64,000 nt of DNA from positions 33,170,001 to 33,234,000 of the forward strand of contig OX597816.1 in assembly GCA_951406725.2 (NCBI GenBank), written 5' to 3'. Shown in pieces: positions 39,975 to 56,172 of the stretch (position 1 is the first letter of the stretch; every line of letters starts with the position of its first letter). Position numbers and translations under genes: made by a program. The notes under the pieces were generated by a model, which was not told the DNA's origin, did no database searches, and saw only the letters and a list, made by a program, of their open reading frames with translations. Origin of the DNA: Octopus vulgaris. Its lineage: Eukaryota.

Positions 39975-40440
39975 CATCAGCTGGTCCATGCTGGTGCCAT
40001 GCCCATGTTGGAGCCTTGTGAAAAGCAGCCAGCACACTCTGTAATGTGGTTAGCATTAGGAAGTGCACCCAGCTGTGGAAACCAAATCAAATCAGACTGA
40101 AACCTTGTGCAGCCCCTTCCTTGCCAGCTCTGGAGAGACCATCCAACTCATGCCAGCATAGAAAACAGTTGTTAAAGGAGGCCGATGATGATGACATCAT
40201 AAATATCGAGATAGTCTTTTTTCTTTTATTGTTCTAGTTTTTGTCTTTGGTTGAACACACACACACACAAATATAGAAGCACATCAGATAGGCGTAGGAG
40301 TGGCTGTGTGGTAAGTAGCTTGCTTATGAACCACATGGTTGCAAGTTCAGTCCCACTGCATGGCATCTTGGGCAAGTGTCTTCTACTATAGCCTTGGGCT
40401 GACCAATGACGGAAACTGAAAGAAGCCTCTCGTATATATG
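39975..40440 (+). mobile_element. Decayed family C element (~39975-40197) and SINE A 5' part (40290-40440)
   Basis: ggttagcattaggaag..ccaactcatgccagcat..gatgatg; ggcgtaggagtggctgtgtggtaag. Confidence 0.75.
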
Positions 40441-40461
40441 TATTCCATGCAGTGGGATCAA

Positions 40462-40914
40462 ACCTTTCATTACCATATTTCTCTTGGAATGCAGCTGTTT
40501 CTGTTAAATTTGGGATCAATAGAAAATTTAGTAAAATAACTTCATTATTATTAACATGGTGATTCGAACATAGAGCCTGAATTTTGGCACAAGGCTAGCA
40601 CTTTTGAGGGAGGGATTAGGGCTCATCTAGTATGTATTTAATCACCCCAGTGGTCTACAGGTTCTTGTTTTATCAACATTGTAAAGATGAGAGGTAAAAT
40701 CAACATCAGCTGTATTTGAACTAAGAATGTAAGGATGGCCGAAATGCTTACCAACATTTCATCCAGCATGCAAATGATTCTGATAGCTGGCCACATTGAT
40801 AGGAACTTAAATTAACATAAAATTTTGATGGAAGATTTTAACAGAGAACATTTTTAAACAGAAAATTTGTACCATGGAACTAGTGTCGGTCTTGAACAGG
40901 TTGGTATCAAATGG
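40462..40914. mobile_element. piggyBac-like MITE copy containing a family B SINE (-, ~40573-40797)
   Basis: Homologous to 15269-15489 (aatttagtaaaa.aactt, tggaagatttta, ggtatcaaa.gg|ttaa). Confidence 0.65.
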
Positions 40915-41160
40915 TTAAACATTCAACTATAATGCATTTGTATATGTGTGTATCTGTATGCTTGTCCATGTCTGTTTGTGTGTCTTTATGTGTGTACATG
41001 GGCATATCTTAATATTTTATTATTTTCAAAGATATGATGTCAGTTGAAGGAACAAAATCTAAAATTATAGAATGTTTTAAACTGAAAATTACTTATAAAT
41101 GAGTATAATTATGTTAATAATTTTGTCTATGCACCACAAGTCGTCTTGTTCTAGGAGTAC

Positions 41161-41928
41161 ATCATATTTTCTGCTAGAACATTTCTCTTTAAACACAGTC
41201 AGACATCATTGTTTTAAGCATCTGTTCTTTATAATTTCCACCTTTTAATGCGCGCTTGTGCAGTGCATGCTGCAAAATTTATTTGAAGGATTTATGCAAT
41301 GTATCAAATTTTTTATGAGCATTCATGTGAGGTACCTTAATCTATGGCCAAGTTTAACATTATTGCTGGGTTGATCAGAGACACTGTTTTGTAACAATTT
41401 TTCTGATTTATCTCTGATTTAAAATATATATTTCTTTAGTACCCACAAGGGGCTAAACACAGAGGGGACAAACAAGGACAGACAAATGGATTAAGTCGAT
41501 TACATCGACCCCAGTATGTAACTGGTACTTAATTTATCAACCCCGAAAGGATGAAAGGCAAAGTCGACCGCAGCGGAATTTGAACTCAGCACGCAGCGGC
41601 AGAGGAAATACCACAAAGCATTCCGCCCGGCATGCTAACGTTTCTGCCAGCTCGCCACCTTATCAATCAGATTTTCTGCCAGAACATTTCTCTTTAAACA
41701 CAGTCAGACGTCATTGTTTTAAGCATCTGTTCTTTAGAATTTCCACCTTTTAATGCGCGCTTGTGCAATGCATGCTGCAAAATTTATTTGAAGGATTTAT
41801 GCAATGTATCAAATTTTCTATGTGCATTCATGTGAGGTACCTTAATCTATGGCCAAGTTTAGCATTATTGCCAGGTTGATCAGAGTGATTGTTTTGTAAT
41901 TATTTTTCTGATTTATCTCTGCTTTAGC

Positions 41929-41935
<7 letters not shown>
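41161..41935. repeat. ~270-bp direct repeats (41161-41430, 41666-41935) flanking a family B SINE (-, ~41431-41660)
   Basis: attttctgc.agaacatttctctttaaacacagtcagac...gatttatctctg occurs on both sides. Confidence 0.9.
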
Positions 41936-41959
<24 letters not shown>

Positions 41960-42848
41960 AATATATGCAATTGTACCTACAGCTGCAGCAATGCGTTCTA
42001 GTTATTTACAAACCATATCCGCTGCCACCAATAGACTGTGGGCATGCCCTTCCTTCAGTCAGTAAGCCATAAGCAGTTGTTTATTTGCCCCTTATTTATT
42101 GGCAATCTTATGGTTGATTGTGCATTTACCATGGTTGCGCAAAAGCATCGCAAAAGCATTGCGCAAAAATAAAAACAAGAATTATTCATTGCAATGCTGA
42201 TGGTGCACACCACAGACACTGCAATGGTGATAAAACTAAGAAACATCGATGTCATGTAGTTAGTATTCCATTTTATTTCTTGCTGCAGAATTAGAGAAGA
42301 GAAACAATAAAATAAATAAATGAATAAATGAAGAGCAAAAAAGAGCAGAGGTCAAACCAAAAATCCCACAAAATAAACACAGAGAGAATTTTCATTAAAT
42401 AGAAAGTTGTAAAAAAAAGTAGAAAAACAGAAGATATCAGAAGATTTTCAGAAGTTTAACGACATATCTCTTACAACCATTTTCAATCTTAAAAATTCAT
42501 TACTGCTCAATTAATTTCATATTAGCGAATTTGTTGATTTTTCAGACATTCATTCTTCAATTTTTCTGTAATTTTTTTTTTGTTTGTTTTCCATTGAAGA
42601 AACTTGTGAAACAGGGAACACGATTAACTAATGTATGGCCAATATACAAAATAAACGGACACATACTCTAAGTACTGAGTTCAATTTTGTTACTGTTCAT
42701 TTAAGACTTTCATTGAAGACACATGCATACCAGTTATATATGGGAATATATTCACGTGTGTGTATATATGTGTATATATATATATATACATCTACATATC
42801 TATCTATATATGTGTGTCGCTGTGTGTGTGTGTGTATCTATCTATCTA

Positions 42849-42897
<49 letters not shown>

Positions 42898-42899
<2 letters not shown>

Positions 42900-43216
42900 C
42901 ACTCTCATCTCATAACAACAATACGGCACAATTATTTCACCTCAATTGGCCCCGCTCTCTTTAACATTACACCAAAACACATTAAAACAGAAACTGACCC
43001 TATAGGGTTCAAGAAGTCTTTGGACAGATTCCTTCAAGAAATCCCGGATAAACCCCCTACACCCGGATATGTCTCTGTAAACAATAACTCTCTACTTGAG
43101 TGGGCCATAGTGCCCAAATTCTGACTTGAAAGACTTCACCAGGTGGTGCTATTAAGTTAGACATGGCCTGGGCCAATAATGGCCGAAACCTATCAAAGTA
43201 TCAAAGTATCAAAGTA
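42898..43216 (+). mobile_element. CR1-group LINE 3' end
   Basis: GPALFNITPKHIK..FKKSLDRFLQEIPDKPPTPGY..NNSLLEW, stop at 43124, short UTR, (TATCAAAG)3 tail. Confidence 0.8.
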
Positions 43217-43358
43217 TATATGTATATATATGCACACACACGCTCACGCACACATACATGTATGTGTGTATGCATAACTCTATGTATATTGAAAGATTTG
43301 GTATTAAAAGCAGGTTACATAAAACTCAAAACATGAGTAGACATATTTTTAAATCATT

Positions 43359-43701
43359 TAATTAGCAGCAGTTAAAATGTGATACACACGCCGAGAGTTT
43401 TCTATATGGTACTCATAATATTCCTTCAAATTCTTGGAGCCAACTTTCATGTAGATTCAACTAAAGTTATCTATGGATTGTTCATGAAGCAAAATCAAAC
43501 TTGGAGTGTCATGTGAATAACGTGTACATTTTCAAATATGCTTCCCATTAATGAGTTCATTTAAAAGTAATATAATAATTTTAATTGAACTCATTAGTGG
43601 GCAGTCTATGTAAAACGAGAATCCCAGATTCTGAAGGTGTCTGAGAAGAGCCATGCATGAAACTTTCAGTACTTAAGTCACGTTGAAACTTCTACTAATT
43701 A
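43359..43701. mobile_element. Decayed palindromic MITE/foldback with internal hairpin 43544-43601
   Basis: taattagcagcagttaaaatgtga vs tcacgttgaaacttctactaatta; cccattaatgagttca vs tgaactcattagtggg. Confidence 0.55.
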
Positions 43702-43777
43702 TCTATCTTCCTTTCTATCTATTTACCAATCCATCTACATAAATATATATATATGTATGGATATAGATTCATATATG

Positions 43778-43830
<53 letters not shown>

Positions 43831-43845
43831 ATGTATGTATATTAT

Positions 43846-43900
<55 letters not shown>

Positions 43901-43913
43901 ATGTATGTATATG

Positions 43914-43960
<47 letters not shown>

Positions 43961-43971
43961 GTATGTATATG

Positions 43972-44002
<31 letters not shown>

Positions 44003-44531
44003 GTATATATATATATGTATGTATATATATGTATCTATATATATATATGTAAATATATATATAAGTATATATGTATATATATGTATGTATATATATATAT
44101 ATATATATATATGATGTTAATTTATGTGTAGTTGTATGTAGATGTATGTATATACATAGATATACATTATATATATATATATAGTATGCATTCCATGTAT
44201 GTGTGTGGATGTACTTCTATGCATGTATATCTATCTATCCACATATATATATATATATAACTAAACTGTACCACCATCCCCAATTTTGAGGTGTCTGTTA
44301 TCTCTCTCCATGAAACTAAGCTCCTTCTCATCTATCTCACACTTTCCAATTAATCCTGTACCATTTTGTTTTGGAACACCCTCTCACATATACCATCGAT
44401 AGTCCACGCCCTGACCCATTTCTCCCTTTCTTGCTCTGAATCACCTTGTATTTAAGACAAAAGTGTAAAATGTAGGTAAAACTGTATCTGATACTACACT
44501 ACTGTATTTTGTAAGTTCTTCTAGGCATGTA

Positions 44532-44577
<46 letters not shown>

Positions 44578-44757
44578 CTACACTCTCGAAGTGGACTACA
44601 CTCTCGGAGTGGTTGGCGTAAGGAAGGGCATCCAGCTGTAGAAACTCTGCCAGATCAGATTGGAGCCTTGTGCAGCCATCTGCTTCACCAGTTCTCAGTC
44701 AAATTGTCCAACCCATGCTAGCATGGAAAGCGGACGTTAAATGATGATGATGATGAT
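44578..44757 (+). mobile_element. Family C RTE-tail element
   Basis: ctacactctcggagtggttggcgtaaggaagggcatccagctgtagaaac..ccaacccatgctagcatggaaagcggacgttaaa(tga)n. Confidence 0.88.
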
Positions 44758-45264
44758 GTATAATTATATGTATGTGTTTGCTATGCAATGATAAGCAGCA
44801 TTACTGATTGCCTGTTATTGATTAATCTGCCTTGTTTTATCAAGCCAATACTGCCTGATCACCTGCTGATTATCTTCAATGTAAATTTGTTGCATGACAT
44901 CAGAATGCATATTGTATTATTATAGGTAATATTTACTTCATAATTATCATAATTATCTTGCTATTCTTTGAGATTACATGATAATAGATGTAGGCTTATT
45001 CTACCTTGGTTTCTGCTTTTTATTTTCCATTTAAGCTGTCATTTAATTCCACAGCCTTCTACACACTCCAAGTCTACATCTGCACACAGGTTTTTTTTTT
45101 GTTAAATCATTTTGTGGTTATAACAAAAAGCATGTATAATATGAATACATTTTTTATTCCTTTTTTACTTGTATAGTCATTTGATTGTGGCCATGCTAGA
45201 GCACTGCTATGAGGGGTTTTAGTCGAACAAATCAACATCAGGAATTAATTTTTAAAGCTTGTGT

Positions 45265-45845
45265 GTCTCCTTGGGCAAGTGTCTTCTATTAAAGCCTCAT
45301 GTTGACCAAAGTCTTGTAAGTGAAGTTGATAGATGGAGACAGAAGGAAGCCCAGTGTGTGTGTGTGAGTGCATTTGTGCATGTGCTTTTGTGTGGGTTTT
45401 GTGTTTGACCTCACCACCACTTAACAACTGGTGGTTGTTTAAAGCTTCATAATATAGTGTGGTTTGCAAGAGAAACCAAAAGGCGGTGAGCTGGCAGAAA
45501 TGTTACCATACCGGGTGAAATCCTTAGTTGTATTTCGTCTGCCTTGATGTTCTGAGTTCAAATTCCACCGAGGTCGACTTTGCCTTTCATCCTTTCGGGG
45601 TTGATAAATTCAGTACCATTTACACACTGGGGTCGATGTTATTGACTTAATCCCTTTGTCTGGCCTTATTTGTCTCCACTATGTTTAACCCCTTGTGGGC
45701 AATAAAGAAATAAGAGAAGCCAATAGAATGAGTACCAGGCCTAGAAACTAAGTCCAGGTGTCGATTTGTGTGACCAAAACACTACAACGTTGTGCCCCAA
45801 CATGATGACAGTCAAATGACTGAAACAAATGATAGATAAAAGATA
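45265..45845 (+). mobile_element. SINE A interrupted by SINE B (45480-45711)
   Basis: 12-bp TSD aagagaa(a/g)ccaa at 45468-45479 and 45712-45723. Confidence 0.88.
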
Positions 45846-45909
45846 TTAGTTACTTGTTATTTCACCTTATCCTCTTTACGCTCTTGAACTCATGAATCAT
45901 GGTCTCAGG

Positions 45910-46135
45910 ACTCTTGTGCTCTTTGTTACTTGTTTCAGTCATTTGACTGTGGCCATGCTGGAGCACCGCCTTTAGTCGAGCAAATCGACCCCAGGACTTA
46001 TTCTTTGTAAGCCCAGTACTTATTCTCTCAGTCTCTTTTGCCGGGCCGCTAAGTGACGGGAACGTAAACACACAAGCATCGGTTGTCAAGTGATGTTGGA
46101 GTGGGGGGACAAACATAGACACACAACCTTACACA

Positions 46136-46196
<61 letters not shown>

Positions 46197-46357
46197 GACA
46201 GACTTCTTTCAGTTTCCGTCTACAAATCCACTCACAAGGCTTTGGTCGGCCTGAGGCTATAGTAGAAGACACTTGCCCAAGGTGCCATGCAGTAGGACTG
46301 AACCCAGAACCATGCGGTTCATAAGCAAACTACTTACCACACAGCCACTCCTATGCC
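45910..46357 (-). mobile_element. SINE family A, full length
   Basis: Complete from tRNA-like head to tail. Confidence 0.92.
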
Positions 46358-46902
46358 TATAAGAAAGTGCTAAATTCCCAATCCTGATTGTAAGGATGTC
46401 ATCGATTTTTGCATGAGAATATTAAGGGACTAGGATTATTTAAAAATGGAAAATTTTTGAATATTCGAATAGTTTCAAGGGGCACAAGTATAATAGTGAG
46501 ATTACAGATTTTGCTTTGCGACCATGAAGTTTGGAGTTTAACCTCATTATGCAAAACTTTGGGTAACTATTATCTATTACAAACCTAATTTAACCAAACT
46601 GTATAAGGGAATTTGATAAATGGAAACTGTGTGAAACCTAGCTGTATCTACATATACATGTGTATGTGTCTTGTGTTACTCCCCAAACATTGCTTGATGT
46701 ATGGAGCTGCTTTCTTTACACCACCATAAATTAGCAGTTCAGATGGAAGCAATAAGTACCAGGTTTACAAAGATATATAAATTCTGTGAGCAATTTCTCC
46801 AAAATCATATGTCAGGATGGCTGCTGTCCACCGACTGAAACAAGTAAGAGATAAAAACATTAACAAAAATCAAAATCGAAAGATCTATTGCTAGTTTATA
46901 TA

Positions 46903-47295
46903 GGCATAGGAGTGGCTGTGTGGTAAGTAGTTTGCTTACCAACCACATGGGTCCAGGTTCAGTCCCACTGTGTGGCACCTTGGACAAGTGTCTTCTACTG
47001 TAGCCTCGGGCCGACTAAAGCCTTATGAGTGGATTTAGTAAGCAGAAACTGAAAGAAGCCCGTTGTACATATGTGTGTGTGTGTTTGTATGTATGTGTTT
47101 ATCCCCCCAACATCGCTTGATAACCGATGCTGGTGTGTTTACGTCCCCGTAATTTAGCAGTTCAGCAAAAGAGACCGATAGAATAAGTACTGGGCTTACA
47201 AAGAATAAGTCCTGGGGTCGATTTGCTCGACTAAAGGCGGTGCTCCAGCATGGCCCCAGTCAAAATGACTGAAACAAGTAAAAGAGTAAAACAGT
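46903..47295 (+). mobile_element. SINE family A, full length
   Basis: A-box-like tggctgtgtgg, B-box-like ggttcagtccc, tail gaaacaagtaaaagagtaaaa. Confidence 0.92.
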
Positions 47296-47790
47296 ATAAT
47301 TATATAAATGAATTCCCTTTAAAAATATTAATTCAATACATTCTGTGAAGAGATTAGAAGGGTATCACATTTAGTTGGCAACCTTTTAACTATGGAGAGT
47401 AGCATCTTCAGCGCAGTACTTAGTAATTTTACGTTAGGTAAATCAGTAAAATCAAACACTGAGAATAGGATAAGATTAAAATTGTAGCGTAGATTCTTTG
47501 TGCTATGTTTCATAAGTTGAATCAGTTGTGTCTTGTAACTATTGCTGTCACTCATTAAATAATTGTGCTGGCACATGAACTGAATATCAAAAGTGCTTAA
47601 CACACCCGAATTTCAATACTAACTAATTAGCAAACTGGAAGGTGTGGACCTATATTTATGTGTGTATGAGTGTATGTATTAATGTATTATATGTATGAAT
47701 GTGTCTGTACCTGTATTTATGCTTATACATCTATGTTTATGAATACGCATGCTTAGCTACAAATTTTTATAGGTAAAACTATGTGTGTAT

Positions 47791-47824
<34 letters not shown>

Positions 47825-48191
47825 TGTATATATTATATTGAGGGTACTACTATTCGTAGATACCAACACGCTAAGAGGGACCAATGCGGTCAAAACTACT
47901 AAATATAAACAAAATTTTACCGAATGCAAAACTTCAAAACACATCATTTTAAAAAAGAATTCAGTTACATACCACATGTATATTGTATATATATATCATG
48001 CATATTATTTATATATATATATATATGTGTGTGTATATATATATATAAATATATTGTACATATGATATATATGTATGTATGTGTGTGTGTATATAAATAT
48101 ATATATAGACAAAGAGACAGGCAGACAGAGAGACAGGCAGATGTACATATATATGTATATCACTGTATCTCTGTTTCTATCTATCTATCTA

Positions 48192-48252
<61 letters not shown>

Positions 48253-48549
48253 GGGTGTATGTATGCATATTATCATCATTAACTTCATCACCATCATCAT
48301 ATTAATATCCAGCTCTCCTTCCACCCATGTAAGTGGCAGAATTCATTGAAGCACACATTCCAAAGTCAGATACCTTTCTTCTCACCAACGCTGACCTTTT
48401 TCCAAGCAAGCTAGCATTTATTGTTTGAATATTTTCCCAAAGAAGATGGGAAATGAAGGATGCCACCTGCATAAATGTGACTCTCATTGACAAGGTGACA
48501 CAAGCATACGCACACACACACATGTATGTTCTCTCAATCATTCATATAT

Positions 48550-49410
48550 AATGGGTCATCCTGTTAATGTTGGGTTTTCTCAATTACATGAACTAAAACT
48601 TGGATGGGGAAAGAATAACCTACCTGCATTAACTTTCTATGAAAGCAGGTAGTAATTTTACCTTGTGCTTATTCTTAATGCAAGTTTTGAATAGTGCTGT
48701 TCGATTTTATCAGTTAGTTTTTCAAACCTGTAAAGGAAGTCCAAAGGAGCATATTTTGCTTTATGAGTTCAATAAAGGCAACAACAGAACAGAAAGTGTG
48801 AGAAATATTACTGCAGTATGTAGAAGTCAGACAATAAGCACAAGCCAGTGTCAACTGTGGTTCCAGACATTCTGAGCTAGAAAGTGCAGCCTAGGAGACA
48901 AGCATCATCTGGGAAAATCTGCAGAGCTTGATGAGGACAGCCTGCAAAATTTGATGGAACAAAATACCATTGTAAAGAGAAGTTTAGATTTGGTCATTTT
49001 ACAATTCATCGACACCAGCGTGCCATCAGGAAATTCAGCAAATAGGTCAATAAGTGCTTCATAAACATTCCAAGATTTATCGCAAAGCCACATACACCTA
49101 GGATGATATTCCAAAGACAGGGTCAGTTTCTAATGGGAAATGGTGCCCCGCACACCATATTCACCAAACAGTGCCCCATCTAATTATCGTTTCTTGCGCA
49201 GTCTTCAAAATCATTTCTTCCCTAAAAATATGATTTCTGTACACAAGTTCAGAACAGTAGTTGAAGAGTATTTCTCATAGCTTGCAAGTGAATTTTGAAA
49301 GTGGGGCCTTGCAAATCTATGAGATAGATAGACTATGAAGAATATTGTAGAATATGAAGAACTGTATATATTAGATTGACAAAGAAATTTGTTCATCTTA
49401 ATTTTGAAAA
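48550..49410 (+). pseudogene. Decayed, internally deleted mariner element
   Basis: HILLYEFNKGNNRTESVRNITAV..QCQLWFQTF (HTH) and PYSPNSAPSNY (~49155; YSPDLAPSD motif). Confidence 0.8.
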
Positions 49411-49846
49411 ATAGAAATATATATATGTGTGTGTATATATATGTACATCAACATATGTACATATATATACGGTATGCAACGATCCACTATTAATTTCTTG
49501 ATGTATTCCAAACAAATTGGGAAGTAAATGAAATGTATGAATATATATTACTATATTTTGGTTTCAATATATTCATATTATTATTAATGTAATGATACAT
49601 ATATATATATATATGCTCATAAAATGTATTTCCCTTGTAGTAGTGAAACAACTGTAACTATAGAATTAAATATACAATAAATTCCAGTTATAATTCAATG
49701 AATGTATGAATCTGATGTAGTAGCAGTAAAAATACATATGTGACACCAGACTCTTATATTTTGTGTGATGCATTTATCTAACTTTAGCATGGGGTATGCA
49801 TGTCACAACTTTGAGTTGTCTAAATTTTATTACCACTTCTTGATAA

Positions 49847-49889
<43 letters not shown>

Positions 49890-50234
49890 TACATATATAA
49901 ATAATATATATATATATATATACATATATACATATATAAATAATATATATATAAATAATATATATATATATATGCATACATATATATATATACTTATATA
50001 TATACATATACATATATAAATACATATATATATATACATATAGATACTTATATATATATATACACGTATATAAATATATATATATAAATATAAATATATA
50101 TATATACATATATATATGCATATATGTACATATGCATACATATATATATGCATATATGTACATATGTACATATGTACGTATGCATACATATACATATATA
50201 TATGTATATATATATATATAAATATATATACATA

Positions 50235-50296
<62 letters not shown>

Positions 50297-50598
50297 CTCC
50301 ACCACTTGCATTATATTTATTCACCTGATTGTACCATCAGACCTATACATGTAGCATTTATTTATTTGTATAAAGATACACATTCACAAACAAACTCTGA
50401 CACACATTTGCATACTTGTTTGAAGAAGCAGCTGTGTGGTACAGAAAACTTCAGCATAACTGGCAACTGGAATGGCCTAAATATAACATGACATTCTGTG
50501 TTTGTATTGTGTTCTTCTTCACATTCTTACATAACAGTTAATGCTTGTGTGTTTGAATGTAGACACACTCATACATGCATTCACATATATATGGTTTG

Positions 50599-50634
<36 letters not shown>

Positions 50635-50699
50635 AGAGAGAGAGAGAGAGAGATGTATATATATATGTGTGTATATGTATATATATATATGTATATAGA

Positions 50700-50768
<69 letters not shown>

Positions 50769-52169
50769 GCATATGCATATACATATGTATAAATATATAT
50801 AGACACATATACATACATATACATATAGTATGCATATATATATATTATATATATATATGCATAGATATTACATATGTATAAAGTATATATAGACACATAT
50901 ACATACATGCCATAGAGTATGCATATATATATATATTATATATATATATGTATATATTTATGCATATATATACACACACATACACACACAAATACATGTG
51001 CGTATACTGCTACTCTGTATGAATATTAAATATACCGAATAAAGATAGTTATGTGTAAGTCAAATATGTATGTATATATTTATATACACACACAAATGTT
51101 TATATATACACACACAGACATATCACAAAATAAATTTAGAAATAAAATATATAACAAATTATATTTAGTAGAGAAATTCTTTATACAAAGCAGGCTGTTG
51201 TGTTTTCCTTCTTTTTGTTTTTGTTTTTGTTATTTTCTTAAAATTATTTCATCATTCAATAATGTCCTTTCTTTTTCTTCTCCTTCAAAGTTTCCTTCTT
51301 TCATTAAATTTCCTTCTCACATATTTCTTCTTTTGCTACAGTACATCCCTCATCCACACTTTCACTTCATTTCTGTTTCTTGTTTTGTTTTGTTTTTTGT
51401 TATGGTTTTTACATTTTTATTTTTTCATTTTACATTTGTTTTTCTCTTAAGAAAAATATTTTTTTTCATCTTGAAATTATTTAATTTTGTTTATCGTATT
51501 TTTGTGTTTTCTTTTCTGTTTTTGGTTATATTTTTTTTGTTTTATTTGAAGAAATAGTGAGTAATGTCAAGAAAAATTAGAACATGCAAAAAGAAAGAAA
51601 CCTATAAAAGAAATTCAAGCCACAATATACTAACACTAGTCAAAAAAAAAATAATAATGATAAATAAAAATGTAATAAAATAGTAATGATAATAATAATA
51701 TTAGTAACAATAATATTAATAATAATAATGATAATAAAATATGTAAACGAATACATATAAAAAAAAAAAAATTGAAAAGCAAAACATTTCTTTCTGAGCA
51801 AGACTTCTTTTTTTCTCTTTCTTTTTGCTTCTTTCTTACATTCTTTTTTTCTGTTTTAGCATCTCCTTGTTCAACATTGACAACAAATTCTTCTACTTCA
51901 TACTTGGCAGAGTATTTCAGAAAGTTTTCAAAGAAATTTACAGCATTCGTAGAATATTACCATTGATATTCCTTCAGTGAAAATATCACCATCATCATCA
52001 TTATATGAGACTCTCTGAGTATATATTTTTTATATACACACAATTTGATAATTTCAAAATATCTTCAATTATAACCTTTCTTTGTGATTATAATATTTGT
52101 GTGACTTACTGATTTACTTAGCTGACACAATAGAGCTAAATGATACCCACAAGCACAGATACGTATATA

Positions 52170-52229
<60 letters not shown>

Positions 52230-52349
52230 CATATTCATATACATATGAGCATACATACATTTCATAGATGGAATGGGTTATGTAATAGATGATTTACACA
52301 AAAGCCTAAGAATACTGGAGTATTCCAAGAAAGAGTGAAGCAAACAGAT

Positions 52350-53260
52350 ATCCACGATGTATCCAAAAAATATCCGACTTTATTTTTTCCTGCCAAAACT
52401 AATGCCATGTTTGTAAAATCCTTTGTGGGAGAGGTTATGCTACCCTTCTTATGCATGCATATGCTGTTTAAAGTACAGATGTATAGTATGCAATCATTGG
52501 GTTTTGTTTCCACTGAATGCATTGTGCAGTGATATACCTATTTCTTTACTGCCCACAAGAGGCTACACACAGAGGGGACAAACAAGGACCGACAAACAGA
52601 TTAAGTCGATTATATCAACCCCAGTGCATAACTGGTACTTAGTTAATCAACCCCGAAAGGATGAAAGGCAAAGTCGACCTCAGAAGAATTTGAACGCAGA
52701 ACATAGCAGTAGACAAAATACTGCTAAGCATTTCGCCCAGCGTGCTAAAGTTTCTACCAGCTCACCATGATATATCATCAAGTTTTTCTAAAAGCTTGGT
52801 GATTCTCAAGCTCAAACAATCCAGAAGATTCAACAGGCCTTTAGCAAAGACGCCATGGGCAAAACTCAGTTCAAGGAGTGATACAACCACATCAAACATG
52901 GCTGCATCTCATTGGAGAGTGAGGCATTCTTGGACAGGTCATCCACAAGCTGAAATGAGGAGCTAATAAAGAAATTTCAACAAATAGTCATAGAAGACTG
53001 TCATGTAACATGCCAAGAAACCTGTCCACATAGTGGGAACAAGGACAGGATCACTACATTCCATTTTAGCAGATGGTTTGTGCATGCATAGAGTGTTGGC
53101 AAAATTCACCCATCCCCAATTGTAAGATCACATAGAAATAGCTCAGAGTATGCTGGACTGTGCAACCAAGGCTACAGAATTCAGGAAGGCCATCATCACC
53201 GGTGATGAGATATGAGGTTATGGTCTCTGCTCAATCCAATCAGTCCTCTTGCATGGAAAC
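52350..53260 (+). pseudogene. Decayed mariner 5' part with a SINE B insertion (-, 52537-52767, TSD tgatata)
   Basis: TIR-like cgatgtatccaaaaaatatccgact; KLGDSQAQTIQKIQQAF..; IITGDE at ~53192. Confidence 0.8.
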
Positions 53261-53693
53261 AGAAATCTTACAAGTGAGCATTGCACATATGTACACCAGG
53301 CATAACACCAGGAACTGGTGTGGACCCTACCAACATGAAAATTTTCACACATGAACAGGTATGGTAGTGCCCCCCCCCAACCCAAAGGATTTTGCCTATG
53401 TGGCATCAGTTGGGGCAGGAAAGAATAAGGTTTGATACATTTTGAATGGACCATGTAAATACCCGGAATAGAATTGACCATTGGTACAGTGAACATTTGA
53501 AGATATTCCAGTGATCCCATTTGAGTCTCCTAAGGTGAACCCACACATACAATCATTCATACATATGAAATGTATGAATACTCAATCATTTGATTTATGG
53601 TAAAATTATTTTCTTACAAGTCGACTAAAAGCACACACTGATATATATATATACATAGCTAGATAGATAGATAGATATACATATGTATATATG

Positions 53694-53729
<36 letters not shown>

Positions 53730-53764
53730 CGTGTATATTTATATATATATCTATATATATTTAT

Positions 53765-53838
<74 letters not shown>

Positions 53839-54037
53839 CAGACAGACATGCACATGCATACATAAATGTGCAAGAAGGAATACACATATCAGTAACATCT
53901 AGATCTATTTCAAATTGAACAAAAAGACCTTGTCACTTTGTTAATGATGAGATTGCAAGTTGCAAAGGAAAACTCAAATATATCTCATTCATATATATAT
54001 ACATATATATATTCATAAATACATATATTTACGTACA

Positions 54038-54092
<55 letters not shown>

Positions 54093-54437
54093 ATGTATGT
54101 ATGTATGTATGTGTGTGTGTATGTATGTATGTATGTATGTATGTATGTATGTATATATGTATGTGTGTATGTATGTATATATGTATGTGTGTGTGTATTA
54201 TGGTGATGGTTTTAACAAGAGTAAGATTGCTGGGGAACCTCTAAGCACTACAGTGTATACTGTATGGCACAGAGACGTTTTTGACATTTAAAGTGTTTGG
54301 ACTATCAATGCATCAGGTATCTCAAAGGGAATGTCAATATTTAGGGCTTTCGAGATATTTCTGAAGCATGAAATAGAATTTTTATATCATGTAATATATT
54401 CACACTCATTACTGTCTCTGGTGTCTATATCATATAT

Positions 54438-54474
<37 letters not shown>

Positions 54475-54731
54475 GATATAAATGTATATATGTTCATATA
54501 CATAAATTTGTATACGTGTGTGTATATCTATATTTAGTGTATGTATGTGTGTGTATGTATATATATACATATATATATGTTATCTGTATGCATATGTATA
54601 TGTATGTATACTTATATATCATTTATGTATGTACCTATGCATATTATATGTGTATATAATGTATATACTAGTGTATGTACATACCTTTGTGTATGTACAC
54701 ACACACGAACACACATGCACACACATACACT

Positions 54732-54768
<37 letters not shown>

Positions 54769-55149
54769 ACATATAATCTCATTTTCACATCTATGTTTAC
54801 ATGGTTAAATGGTTGACTTAAGACTGTTGGAGCAGAACTTTTTTTGACTGGATCCACTTTCTGAAGCCAAACCCCAATTTCCAAGTGTAGTATTGATCTC
54901 TTTGTGCTCTAAGTGTATTGAACAGGAAACAGTCTAGATATTTTTTTAAGTAGAACTGTAAACAAACAGACTGAAATGACCTTATTTTTTCATTCATAAA
55001 TTTTGTGCATGCTTTTTTTTTAGTGTGTAACAAACAAATTCCACTGTTAATGAAGGCATCTGTAACAAGCAACAAGAAAGAAACACATGTAGGTATGAGA
55101 AATAAAAACCCTCTCTTGCTATTGATAACACATACATATACACATGCAG

Positions 55150-56172
<1,023 letters not shown>

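Noticed and set aside
46903-46980. tRNA gene
   Set aside because: It is the tRNA-derived head of a SINE and continues into the SINE body.
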